Assembly: GCA_964247135.1 (NCBI GenBank)
Contig: CAXTTL010000033.1
Coordinates: forward strand, 1 to 28,216
Length of the DNA stretch: 28,216 bases
Source of the DNA: an uncultured Deinococcales bacterium
GTDB taxonomy: Bacteria; Deinococcota; Deinococci; Deinococcales; JAAFIG01
Direction of reading: 5' to 3'
The notes below the pieces were generated by a model, which made no database searches, was not told the DNA's origin, and saw only the letters and a list, made by a program, of their open reading frames with translations. Below are positions 17,687 through 26,567 of the stretch, piece after piece; position 1 is the first letter of the stretch; each line of letters begins with the position of its first letter. The position numbers and the translations under genes are program-made.

Positions 17687-17721
17687 AAAATGCTCGCTTT
17701 CTTTTGGTTGCCTCGAGTGTA

Positions 17722-18798
17722 CTACTTGTCAAAAGATGGCTCGAGTTTGCCCGTCGCGCAATTCCAAACAAATTCTTGGCTGATGTTGTTGCCGTGCGCG
17801 ATTTGCACCGTGCGTTTTGGACTTAAGGCGGGGCAGGTGAGCTGAACTTGGTTGTTCTGCACGGCATGACGCACTTCAGAACCGCCCACAATTTCAAGCA
17901 CCAACAGTGTTTTGGTCGCGCCAATAAATTTGATCGTCAGGGTTTGCGCGAAACTGGTTTGCACCAAAACGTTCGCCTCGAGCGAAAACGGCGATGTTCC
18001 AGGATAGTTTCTTGCCTCGAGTTTGCCAGCTCTGGCAGCACCAGGCGTTTGCACGGATTTGGCAAGCATAAAGTTCTTGCTCGAGCCTTTTTCGCGCCAG
18101 CCGACATCAAATTTGGTGTTGATGGCAAACGGTATTTTCATGACAAAACGCCCAGCCGAATCTTGCGGAACGATCCCCAAATAATTTTGCCCAGAAAACA
18201 CGGCAAGTTCGAGGTTGGGTTTGTTCACGCCTCGCAACTCGAGGTCGTTGAAGCGCACGTTGCCGGAAACATTGTCAAAGGTTGTTTCAAACTCCCTGGT
18301 GCTGAAGACTTGAACACCGTAAACCCGTCCGTCGCCACTTTTGAAAACCCCAATGCCGGTATGGGTAAAACTTGGGGTCATGATGTTCTTGAAATGCCCT
18401 GGGCTGTTCATCCAACCCGTCACGAACGTTGTCACGATGCTCGAGTCAGCTTCACCTTCCTCAAAGGCAATGTTTTCCGCCCAAGCTTGCTCGAAGCTGC
18501 CAGCCTGATGAATTCGGTCCCCTGGGGTGTCAAAACCAGGTTTGCCCGAATGGTGGTCAAAAAAATTTCGGTCCGCCATGTCTTTGGCATGACCTCGGGC
18601 AGCAGCCGAAAGTCGCACGTCAAATTTTAAGCCACTCAAACCGGCTTTGGTTCGCTCCAAGTTAATGCCATTCCAAATGCCTTGCTCGGCGTCCGTCAAA
18701 CCCAAGATATTTGGCGGGTCGGGCAGTGGATTCCAAGCGGTCAGCACAAGACCCAGTGTACCCAAAGCCAGCAGCAAAGCCCAGAATCTCGAGTTCAT
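17722..18798 (-). CDS. Secreted CAP (SCP) domain protein with C-terminal beta-rich region
   Basis: Signal peptide; INLERTKAGL, AARGHAKDMADRNFFDH, AENIA, GWMNSPGHFKNI, THTGIGV. Confidence 0.9.
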   Translation of the reverse strand: MNSRFWALLLALGTLGLVLTAWNPLPDPPNILGLTDAEQGIWNGINLERTKAGLSGLKFDVRLSAAARGHAKDMADRNFFDHHSGKPGFDTPGDRIHQAGSFEQAWAENIAFEEGEADSSIVTTFVTGWMNSPGHFKNIMTPSFTHTGIGVFKSGDGRVYGVQVFSTREFETTFDNVSGNVRFNDLELRGVNKPNLELAVFSGQNYLGIVPQDSAGRFVMKIPFAINTKFDVGWREKGSSKNFMLAKSVQTPGAARAGKLEARNYPGTSPFSLEANVLVQTSFAQTLTIKFIGATKTLLVLEIVGGSEVRHAVQNNQVQLTCPALSPKRTVQIAHGNNISQEFVWNCATGKLEPSFDK

Positions 18799-18825
18799 GC
18801 CTTAGTATGCCACTGAAATTTGGTG

Positions 18826-19752
18826 TCAGGTTGTTTTGCAGCAAACCCGAATCCCCCAAGCGTCGGCACAAGAAAAACCGCCTTCGATGGTGCTGGTTTC
18901 AAAACCGAAATGTTTCAGGTTTTCCTCGAGCTGCTCAAGTTGCATTTGATTGGGCAAGATCAAATCCCAGGTCAGTAAACGTGCATCCTCATCGCTCGAG
19001 GGCTTTGACCCTGCCGCCCAAATGTTGGAACCCACATGATGATGGTAGCCATTTGCGCCCATGAACAACGCGCCAGGAAAATTCCAGGTCATTTTGCGAA
19101 ACCCCAAGCCAGCATGGTAAAAGTCTGCGGCTTGTTGCAGGTCGCCAACATAAAAATGCAGATGCCCCATGATCGTTCCAATCGGTAAACCCTGCCAAGG
19201 CTGTTCGCCCGCCGCCGCCTTTAAAGCCGCCAGATCGAGCGGGTCGCTGCCGCCAAATATTTCACCTTCGCTTGTCACCCGCCATTCGGCTCGAGGACGG
19301 TCGCGGTAGACTTCGATGGTGATGCCGTCAGGGTCAACCAGGTACGTGGCTTCGCTGTAATGATGATCGGATTGCCCGACGTGCCCAAAGGTTAAGGCAT
19401 TCGCCAGAAAACGTCCCAAATCGCCCCTTGTTGGCAGCAACAAGGCAAAATGGTAAATCCCCAAACGACCTCGGTGGGGCGCAAAACGCACCCCAGGTTT
19501 TTCAAACAACTCGAGCAAGACCTCGCCGCCCAAAGTCGCCAGTCGGGCGCTGCGCCTGCCTGGCGTGTCGTCACGGCTTTTCACTTTAAACCCAATGACC
19601 TTTTGGTAATACTCCAGAGAACGCTCGAGGTCGGCAATTTGCAATTTCACAACGCCAAGCCGCACATCCTCAGGCAACTGAAACCCCGGTGGTTTAACGC
19701 CGATTTGTTCGGGTTGAAGCTGCGTGTAAGGAAGGGTGGGCGGAAAATTCAT
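18826..19752 (-). CDS. VOC/glyoxalase family protein (CatE-like ring-cleavage dioxygenase)
   Basis: GIYHFALLLP, SDHHYSEATYLVDPDGITIEVYRDRP, MGHLHFYV, GYHHHVGSNIW; SD GGAGG before ATG 19752. Confidence 0.9.
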   Translation of the reverse strand: MNFPPTLPYTQLQPEQIGVKPPGFQLPEDVRLGVVKLQIADLERSLEYYQKVIGFKVKSRDDTPGRRSARLATLGGEVLLELFEKPGVRFAPHRGRLGIYHFALLLPTRGDLGRFLANALTFGHVGQSDHHYSEATYLVDPDGITIEVYRDRPRAEWRVTSEGEIFGGSDPLDLAALKAAAGEQPWQGLPIGTIMGHLHFYVGDLQQAADFYHAGLGFRKMTWNFPGALFMGANGYHHHVGSNIWAAGSKPSSDEDARLLTWDLILPNQMQLEQLEENLKHFGFETSTIEGGFSCADAWGIRVCCKTT

Positions 19753-19767
19753 GATTTCCTCCAAGTT

Positions 19768-21117
19768 TTAAGACACCTTCTCGAGCGTTTGATTTTCTCG
19801 AGCATCAAGGTTTTTCTGCTGTGGGTAACGAAAATTTTCTTTAAAAATTTGTGCCGATGGAACATCGTTAAAGATTTCCAAACCAATGCCGTTCAGTTCC
19901 ACCCAAGCATGACCCTCGAGCTTGCCATTGTTGCGCCGCACGCCACTGACAAAGACCACATCGTGTCCCTCGGCTTTTAAGGCATGATACGCCGCCGAAG
20001 AGCGCGGCACGCAGGCATCGGTTTTCGGACCAATCAAAAACAGCGTCCAATGAATGCCGCGCATGATCCGTTCCAAATGCTTAAAACCCTTGTTTGGTTG
20101 CGCCCGAGGAATGGGTTCGTTGGTGGCAACAATGTCATACAGGTCTGTTTTTTGCCGCAACAATTTCTTGACCCGCACCACATTTGAGTATTGGCTTGCC
20201 ACGTCAAACAGTGTTGGGATTGCCCGAATCAGACGGTCAAACCGTGCAAAACGCCACTCGAGTTGCCAAGACGTTGGAAACGAATTTCGCCAAGCTTTGA
20301 GCTTCTCTTGAGATAAGCGTTTGTAATCCAATTTTTGCCGCCAAGGATCACACAATGCCAAGAACGTCTCGAGCGCTTTGTTCAGACCAAAATGTTGCGC
20401 CCGTGACACCAGTGCCTCACGGCTTAAACCCCATTTTTTGGTGAGCGCCTTAAAATCAAGTGCATCGTGTGGTTTGATGCCTGGAGCTTCATCCCACATC
20501 CTCGAGAGCACAACGCCCAAAAGTGCGGCATCCTCAGCCGATGGCAGTGCCACCTGACAACCTTCCCAAGACACTTGACTCGAGGTTGACCACATCTCGT
20601 TTGTCAAATGTTGCGCATTTTTGGCGGAGGTAAACGTGTGCAGCGCAAAACGATGCAAGTCCAAACGCACGCTGTGGTCGGTGGTGAACAAATGGCTTTC
20701 CTCGTGAACGTTGGGCAGAACGGTGTCGCCACGATTCCAAGTCTCCACCCAACCAGGCAGTTCTCGCGCAATTTTTGTCGCTCGAGCCGCCTCAGATTCC
20801 TTGATGATAATATCCACATCGCCGTAAAAACGATTCGCCGGCAAGTCGTACATAAATTCCGCCATCATGAAACCCTTAAACAACATCGGCACGATACCCG
20901 CCGCGTTCCAAGCCTGCACCAACTCGAGCACATGGGTCTTCACTCGAGCATGACGCGCTGTGGATGCCAAGAATGCGTTGCGGAACTTGGGTTTTTCTGG
21001 GTGGTCGGCTGGCAAACTCGAGTAAAACAAGGGCAACAACCTAAAATCGGTCATCAAGCCAACTGGCACGTCTTTGGCTGGTGTGATTCCGAGCAGGAAT
21101 GACTCGAGGGCGTTCAT
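19768..21117 (-). CDS. Fusion of an uncharacterised nucleotidyltransferase (NTP_transf_5-like) domain and a lasso-peptide B2 (transglutaminase-like) protease domain
   Basis: N-terminal part PMLFKG...RFYGDVDIII...RLDLH; C-terminal part ACVPRS...G..VVFVSGVRR....LEGHAWVELNG. Confidence 0.82.
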   Translation of the reverse strand: MNALESFLLGITPAKDVPVGLMTDFRLLPLFYSSLPADHPEKPKFRNAFLASTARHARVKTHVLELVQAWNAAGIVPMLFKGFMMAEFMYDLPANRFYGDVDIIIKESEAARATKIARELPGWVETWNRGDTVLPNVHEESHLFTTDHSVRLDLHRFALHTFTSAKNAQHLTNEMWSTSSQVSWEGCQVALPSAEDAALLGVVLSRMWDEAPGIKPHDALDFKALTKKWGLSREALVSRAQHFGLNKALETFLALCDPWRQKLDYKRLSQEKLKAWRNSFPTSWQLEWRFARFDRLIRAIPTLFDVASQYSNVVRVKKLLRQKTDLYDIVATNEPIPRAQPNKGFKHLERIMRGIHWTLFLIGPKTDACVPRSSAAYHALKAEGHDVVFVSGVRRNNGKLEGHAWVELNGIGLEIFNDVPSAQIFKENFRYPQQKNLDARENQTLEKVS

Positions 21118-21141
21118 GGCGGTTAAGTGTACCGCGAAACC

Positions 21142-23826
21142 CTATTTCGCGTCGTACCAAGAATCCCCAACGCCCACCCCAACCCCAAGCGGCACCTCGA
21201 GCGTGAAAGCATTGTTCATGGTGTCCTCAACAATTTTACTGACTGCTTCAACGTGCTCGGTTGGACTCTCGAGCACCAGTTCGTCATGGACTTGCAAAAG
21301 CATTCTGGCGCCGAACGGTTCGAGTTGAGGCTCGAGGTAAATCATGGCGTACTTGATGATGCCCGCGCTCGTGCCTTGAATCGGCATGTTGATCGCGGCG
21401 CGTTCGGCGGCTTCGCGCACCATAAAAACCTTCGAGTTGATTTCTGGGATGTAACGCCGACGGTGCAATAAATCTTCAACATAACCATGTTCGTGACAAA
21501 AGGCTTTGGTGCGCTCGAGATAACCGTTGATGCCCGGGTAGGCTTCAAAGTATTTGGCAATAAAATCTTTGGCGGTCTCGTATGAAATGCCCTCGTCGCG
21601 GCTGAGGCGATGTGCCCCCATGCCGTACAAAATCCCGTAATTGACGGCTTTTGCGCCGCTTCGTTGGTCGCTGGTGACATCCTCGAGCGCAATGCCCAGA
21701 ATGCCGGCGGCGGTGCGGCGGTGAATGTCCTCGTTCAGCCTAAAACTCTCGAGCAGCGCGGGTTCCTTGGTGATGTGCGCCAGAATTCGCAGTTCAATCT
21801 GGCTGTAATCGGCGCTGATGAGTTTCATGCCCTCACTGGCAATAAAGCCCTTGCGCAGCTCACGTCCGACCTCGGTGCGTATCGGAATGTTTTGCAGGTT
21901 TGGATTCAGGCTCGAGATGCGCCCCGTCGCCGTGCCAACCTGGGAATAGGTGGTGTGCAAACGGTTGGTTTTAGGGTTGACCATCAAAGGCAGCGGGTCG
22001 AGGTACGTGCCCTTGAGTTTGGCAATCTCGCGGTACTCGAGGATTTTGGGAATGATCGCGTGTTCGTCCACCAGCCCCTCGAGCACGCTGGCGGCGGTGC
22101 TGCGTTTGCCCGTGCCTTTGGTTTTTTTGCCCGATGCCAGTTGCAGTTTGTCGTACAAGATTTTCTCGAGCTGATCCCGCGAGTTCAGGTTAAATTCTTC
22201 GCCCGACAATGCCCAGATGTCAAGCTCGAGTTCGTGAATGCGGGTTTGAAATTGATCTGAGAGTGCTTTGAATTGCGCGGCATCAATCCGAATACCGGTC
22301 GCCTCGATTCTGGCAAGCACTTTGCTGGTCGGAATCTCGAGGTTTTCGTACAGCTTGTTTTGCTCATCCGTGAACATCAGCGCGAGTTTTTGAATCAGTG
22401 TGGCGCTGGCGGCGGCTTGGCTTGCGGCGTCTTTTGCCCATTCATGCTCGAGGTAACGCTTGGAAATGATGCTGGCGCTGACGTTGGTGGTATCCAGCGC
22501 GTAAGCCATCAACAGCGGATCGTCCCCTGGCTCGAGGTTGACGCCGTTCATGATGGCGTGTACCGCCAAGGATTTCGCATCAAACGCGTGGACTTCACTC
22601 AAGCCTGCAAAAATCTCGAGGCTGGGATTTTCGGCTTCACGCACGCCGTTCTCAAAGTTGGGGTCGGCATAAGCCAGCGCCTTCAAATCCGCGCTCGAGG
22701 CGAAATCGCTCGAGAGGGTGAAGCCCCATACTGCATTCGCCTCGGGTTTTTGCCACTCGAGCCTGGTAAAAGTTTGCTCAACTTTGGCTGGCACCGCCTC
22801 GAGTTCAATCGCACCCAAATTCATGTCTTTGATCAAGCTGAAAAACTCGAGTTCGCTCAGCGCTTCACGCAGTCCGTCTTGCGGTGCAAAAACGTTGGCT
22901 TTGACAAAATCCGCCTCGAAATCCATGTCGGTCACGATCCTCGAGAGTTCTTTGCTCATTAAAACATTTTCGAAAGAATCCCGAATTTTTTGTGCATCTT
23001 TGGCAGGTTCTATCGTGTCCAAATTCGCCAAAATATAATCGAGCGAACCGTACTTTTCAAGGAGCTTCTGCGCCCCCTTTGGACCAATCCCCCGCGCCCC
23101 AGGAATGTTGTCACTCGAGTCGCCGGTCAAAGAACGGTAATCGACCCATTGATCGACGCGCACGCCGTACTTCTCGAGCACTTCGGCTGGTCCAACTTCG
23201 CGGTCATCGCTGGCGATCACCTTGACGTTCTCGGAAAGCAGTTGGTAGGCGTCACGGTCACTGGTTAAGATTCGCACCGCGATGCCCTCAGCTTCGGCTC
23301 GGGTTGCCAGCGTGCCGATCACATCGTCCGCCTCGTAACCTGGTTCTTCAAGGCGCATCAAACCCATCAGGTCAACAATTTTTTTGATCTTATGGACTTG
23401 CTCGTGCAAGTCGTCGGGCGTGTCGGCGCGACCTGCCTTGTAATTCTCGAACGCCTCATGCCTGAAGGTTTTCACGGGCGGGTCAAACACCACGATCACC
23501 GCGCCCTCTCGAGTTCCCTTTTTGACACCGTCTTTGACGTGACGCATAACGGTTTTGAGAAAGCCGTAAATCGCCTGAACGGGTTCGCCTTTGGAAGTCG
23601 TCAAACTGCCCGAGGAGCGTTGCAAGGCAAAGTACGAACGGTACGCCAGCGCATGACCGTCGATCAGGGTCACCCGTTTGGGTTTGGTGCTGCCGACCAC
23701 TTTTGGCGCAGGAATCTCGAGGTTCTCTGATGGATCAGGAATCCCGTGTTCTGCGAGGTAAATGTCATTTTCAGATTCGATTTGTTGCTCATTTTCGGGC
23801 GCATCGAACAGATTGGGTTGGCTCAT
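21142..23826 (-). CDS. polA: DNA polymerase I (Deinococcus/Thermus type)
   Basis: 5' nuclease LIDGHALAYRSYFA, GYEADDVIGTL, GDSSDNIPG; polymerase motifs DYSQIELRILAH, R...KAVNYGILYG, LLQVHDEL. Confidence 0.98.
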   Translation of the reverse strand: MSQPNLFDAPENEQQIESENDIYLAEHGIPDPSENLEIPAPKVVGSTKPKRVTLIDGHALAYRSYFALQRSSGSLTTSKGEPVQAIYGFLKTVMRHVKDGVKKGTREGAVIVVFDPPVKTFRHEAFENYKAGRADTPDDLHEQVHKIKKIVDLMGLMRLEEPGYEADDVIGTLATRAEAEGIAVRILTSDRDAYQLLSENVKVIASDDREVGPAEVLEKYGVRVDQWVDYRSLTGDSSDNIPGARGIGPKGAQKLLEKYGSLDYILANLDTIEPAKDAQKIRDSFENVLMSKELSRIVTDMDFEADFVKANVFAPQDGLREALSELEFFSLIKDMNLGAIELEAVPAKVEQTFTRLEWQKPEANAVWGFTLSSDFASSADLKALAYADPNFENGVREAENPSLEIFAGLSEVHAFDAKSLAVHAIMNGVNLEPGDDPLLMAYALDTTNVSASIISKRYLEHEWAKDAASQAAASATLIQKLALMFTDEQNKLYENLEIPTSKVLARIEATGIRIDAAQFKALSDQFQTRIHELELDIWALSGEEFNLNSRDQLEKILYDKLQLASGKKTKGTGKRSTAASVLEGLVDEHAIIPKILEYREIAKLKGTYLDPLPLMVNPKTNRLHTTYSQVGTATGRISSLNPNLQNIPIRTEVGRELRKGFIASEGMKLISADYSQIELRILAHITKEPALLESFRLNEDIHRRTAAGILGIALEDVTSDQRSGAKAVNYGILYGMGAHRLSRDEGISYETAKDFIAKYFEAYPGINGYLERTKAFCHEHGYVEDLLHRRRYIPEINSKVFMVREAAERAAINMPIQGTSAGIIKYAMIYLEPQLEPFGARMLLQVHDELVLESPTEHVEAVSKIVEDTMNNAFTLEVPLGVGVGVGDSWYDAK

Positions 23827-23844
23827 ATCGCAATTCTACCCGAA

Positions 23845-23861
23845 TTCTGTTATGGGCGAAA
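23845..23861. promoter_or_regulatory. Candidate radiation/desiccation response motif (RDRM, DdrO operator) in the polA promoter
   Basis: 17-mer TTCTGTTATGGGCGAAA lying 6 nt upstream of the polA -10 hexamer (TAGAAT, 23833-23838 on the minus strand). Confidence 0.6.
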
Positions 23862-23872
23862 CGCTTGGGTCT

Positions 23873-24298
23873 TCATTCTTTGGATTTGACCGCGCCACGT
23901 CCCAAATGCGCCAGTGATTCTGCCAGACGCCACTCGCGGACCGTCCACAGCCTGTTCAGTTTGTGGACATCACCTTGCTTGTAACCCGCACGGTGCAAAC
24001 TGACCCAACCGCGATCCTCGTTTAAATCCGAACTGAGTTCGGTCAGCGGATTCGGATGCCCAATCCAAACCACCGAATGCGCCCGCAGCGCCGCATGAAT
24101 TTTCGGAAAAACCTCCTCGAGTTCCAAACGCGTCTGACAAAAAGCGATCACCACGTCAAAGCGTCCCTCGAGCCTTAAAAAGACTTCCACCCGTGGCGGT
24201 AGGGGTGAAAGTGATTCATAAAAACCATCTGGAGGACTCAGCAAACCAACCAAAGAACCCTCATGGATACCCAGTGTTTCGACCAATTGAACGGACAT
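23873..24298 (-). CDS. Conserved hypothetical protein (DUF3052-like)
   Basis: LGIHEG...PPDGF, FDVVIAF, VVWIGHP, SDLNED pattern; TAAAAT 6 nt before the ATG. Confidence 0.7.
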   Translation of the reverse strand: MSVQLVETLGIHEGSLVGLLSPPDGFYESLSPLPPRVEVFLRLEGRFDVVIAFCQTRLELEEVFPKIHAALRAHSVVWIGHPNPLTELSSDLNEDRGWVSLHRAGYKQGDVHKLNRLWTVREWRLAESLAHLGRGAVKSKE

Positions 24299-24317
24299 GG
24301 CAGCATTTTAAGGAGTC

Positions 24318-25319
24318 TTACACTTCAAGTGCAAATACTTTCAGTGGAGACTCGAGGTGATCAAACGTCGGGAAGTCAATTTTGGACTGCCCCAAACTCT
24401 CGAGCAGGTTAAACCCCCGACCGGCGCGTTTTAAACCCGTTTTAATTTGTGCGTAAAAAGCCCGTTTGGACAGTTGGGCGTTGTTGCAACACGCCAGCAA
24501 CAAACCGTCTGGCGCGACAATGCTGGCGGCAAGTTCCACAAGTTCGTCGTAATTGGCTGTCGCCGAAAAACGCATGTGTTTTGATGTGGCAAAACTCGGC
24601 GGGTCAAGAATCAGCACATCAAACTTATCCTCACGCCTCGAGAAACGGTGAAGCCAGTCAAAAACATCGCCCGAAATAAAATCAAAACGCTTCGGCTCGA
24701 GTTTATTCAGACGGTAATTTTCCTCGCCCCAGTCCAGCACCCGCCGCGAAAGGTCAAGGTTTGCGGCTCGAGCGGCGCCGTTTAAACTGGCGACCAAACC
24801 AAAGCCGCAAGTGTAAGCAAAGGTGTTCAAAACGGTTTTTCCAGCCACGTGATGCTTGAGCCAAGCCCTCGGTTCGCGCATGTCCAAAAACAAACCCACG
24901 CTTAAATCCCCACCAGGACGAATCAAATACTTTACGCCATGCTCGAGAATCGTGACTTCGTCGGTTCGTTCGCCCCAAGCTGGAACGTCGGGCGCGAGTG
25001 AATCTCTGGCAACATTCGCCACATGCCGCGCCTCTTTTGGGCGGCGTTTGAGATAAATCGAAATCGGTTGGAATGTTGCTGCCAGCACCTCGAGCAAGAC
25101 GTTTTCTTGCTTTTGGGAAAGTTCAGTGTACAAACTCGCCACCAAAACACCAGCAAAAAAATCCACACTCAAATCTGTAATTTCATCCGCGCTCGAGTTC
25201 ACCAAGCGGTATGCCGTCAAGCTCGGGTTTTGCTCGAGTGACACACGCTTGGCTCGAGATTGAATCAGCAATTGCTCGAGTTTTGAGGCGTTGTTTAAAA
25301 GCGCGGTTAAATCTGGCAC
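24318..25319 (-). CDS. Class I SAM-dependent rRNA methyltransferase (RlmI/RlmK-like)
   Basis: AYRLVN, GLFLDMRE, VLNTFAYTCGF, FDVLILDPPSF; start reassigned to GTG 25319 (TATTCT 6 nt upstream). Confidence 0.9.
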   Translation of the reverse strand: MPDLTALLNNASKLEQLLIQSRAKRVSLEQNPSLTAYRLVNSSADEITDLSVDFFAGVLVASLYTELSQKQENVLLEVLAATFQPISIYLKRRPKEARHVANVARDSLAPDVPAWGERTDEVTILEHGVKYLIRPGGDLSVGLFLDMREPRAWLKHHVAGKTVLNTFAYTCGFGLVASLNGAARAANLDLSRRVLDWGEENYRLNKLEPKRFDFISGDVFDWLHRFSRREDKFDVLILDPPSFATSKHMRFSATANYDELVELAASIVAPDGLLLACCNNAQLSKRAFYAQIKTGLKRAGRGFNLLESLGQSKIDFPTFDHLESPLKVFALEV

Positions 25320-25359
25320 GACTCGAGAATAACTCAGATTTTGCGGGTATACTTCCTGC

Positions 25360-25554
25360 ATGGACTGGAAAATCAATCTCGCAGACCCAGATTTTGAACC
25401 CAGCGACGAGCAATTGCAAGAATTGATGCGTCGTGCATTTGCGCATCTTACTGAAGAAGACGAATTGCGATTGCGTCTGATGCGAGAACGCATTGCATTA
25501 GGGCGCGTTGAATTGTTAAAGCAACTTCGTCAAGAAACGGCACATTCAGCTTGA
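25360..25554 (+). CDS. Small helical protein, putative antitoxin partner of the zeta-like ATPase
   Basis: TATACT 6 nt before the ATG; its stop overlaps the TTG start of the next gene. Confidence 0.7.
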   Translation: MDWKINLADPDFEPSDEQLQELMRRAFAHLTEEDELRLRLMRERIALGRVELLKQLRQETAHSA

Positions 25555-26171
25555 AACCCGTTTTGCTCATGATCGCTGGACCAAACGGTTCAGGTAAAAC
25601 CACCGTTACTGTTTCACTGCGCCGCGATCAATGGAGCGAAGGTGTCGAGTACATCAACCCTGATGACATTGCCAAAGAAAAATTTGGCGACTGGAATTCT
25701 CGAGATGCGATTTTAAGTGCTGCAAACTGGGCAGAAGCCAGACGCGAAGAATTGCTCGAGCAACGCGCAGGAATTGCGTTTGAAACCGTATTTTCAGCAC
25801 CTGATAAAGTAAATTTCTTGCAACGTGCAAAACGGGCGGGTTACTTTTTGCGCGTTTTTTTTGTCAGTACCAACGACCCACGCATCAACGCTTCTCGAGT
25901 CATGAGGCGGGTTATGAATGGTGGACATACCGTGCCGCTCGAGAAAATCGTCAGTCGTTATGACAAGTCAATGGTCAATCTTGTCGCCGCGATTGAGATT
26001 GCAGATCGGGTTTACATTTACGACAATTCCATTGAAAACACCGAAGCAACTCTTTGCGCTCGAGTTTCTGACGGAATGATTCGCAAAATCTATGTTGATC
26101 TACCCGATTGGGTCACAGATGCCATTGAGGAGTTACCACAGCATCCAAAATTTGAAGATGCTCGAACTTAA
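25551..26171 (+). CDS. Zeta-toxin-like P-loop ATPase/kinase
   Basis: IAGPNGSGKTT, YINPDDIA, IAFETVFS, RVMNGGHTVPLEKIVSRY, IYDNS. Confidence 0.88.
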   Translation: MKPVLLMIAGPNGSGKTTVTVSLRRDQWSEGVEYINPDDIAKEKFGDWNSRDAILSAANWAEARREELLEQRAGIAFETVFSAPDKVNFLQRAKRAGYFLRVFFVSTNDPRINASRVMRRVMNGGHTVPLEKIVSRYDKSMVNLVAAIEIADRVYIYDNSIENTEATLCARVSDGMIRKIYVDLPDWVTDAIEELPQHPKFEDART

Positions 26172-26227
26172 GATTCTGGAATTCAAGAATTCCTAAACGG
26201 GAACGAAAACCACTCAATCCTCGTACA

Positions 26228-26509
26228 ATGCCCCAGAGTATGACCACCTGCCCCTTTTGCGCCTCGAGCCTTCCCGAACACGCCATCACCTGCCCAAGTT
26301 GCGGTGCGACCCTGGCAGGTTTGCAACTCGAGCTTGGGTCAATGCTGCTGGGCAAGTACAAACTCGAGCATCCGCCATCACGCGCATGGAATCTCGAGCG
26401 CAAGGCATTAGACTTCTTTTGAAAGGTGGTGCGTGCATATGATTCAGTTTCTTTCGCAGTCCAGCTTTTTCGACTCGAGCTTCCCAAATACTTTGAGGAG
26501 TACCTATGA
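26228..26509 (+). pseudogene. Remnant: zinc-ribbon N-terminus of a probable Ser/Thr kinase joined to an unrelated decayed segment
   Basis: CPFC...CPSCG, then LELGSMLLGKYKLE, where a Gly-rich kinase loop would be expected but is absent; in-frame TGA at 26420-26422, after which the frame stays open to 26509. Confidence 0.55.
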
Positions 26510-26567
26510 AACGATTGAATTGTGTAGTGTCATGCCACCAAAAATCCTTTAACACTTCGAGGTTGTT

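Noticed and set aside
18799-21141. Lasso precursor peptide near the B2 fusion
   Set aside because: The intergenic gaps are under 30 nt, and no small ORF with a YxxP leader and T-x-G junction was seen.
21127-23984. Multiple plus-strand ORFs of 60-230 aa
   Set aside because: Antisense shadows of polA.
25320-25493. N-terminal extension of the 391-aa methyltransferase ORF
   Set aside because: It overlaps the divergent 25360 gene; a -10 hexamer supports GTG 25319 as the real start.
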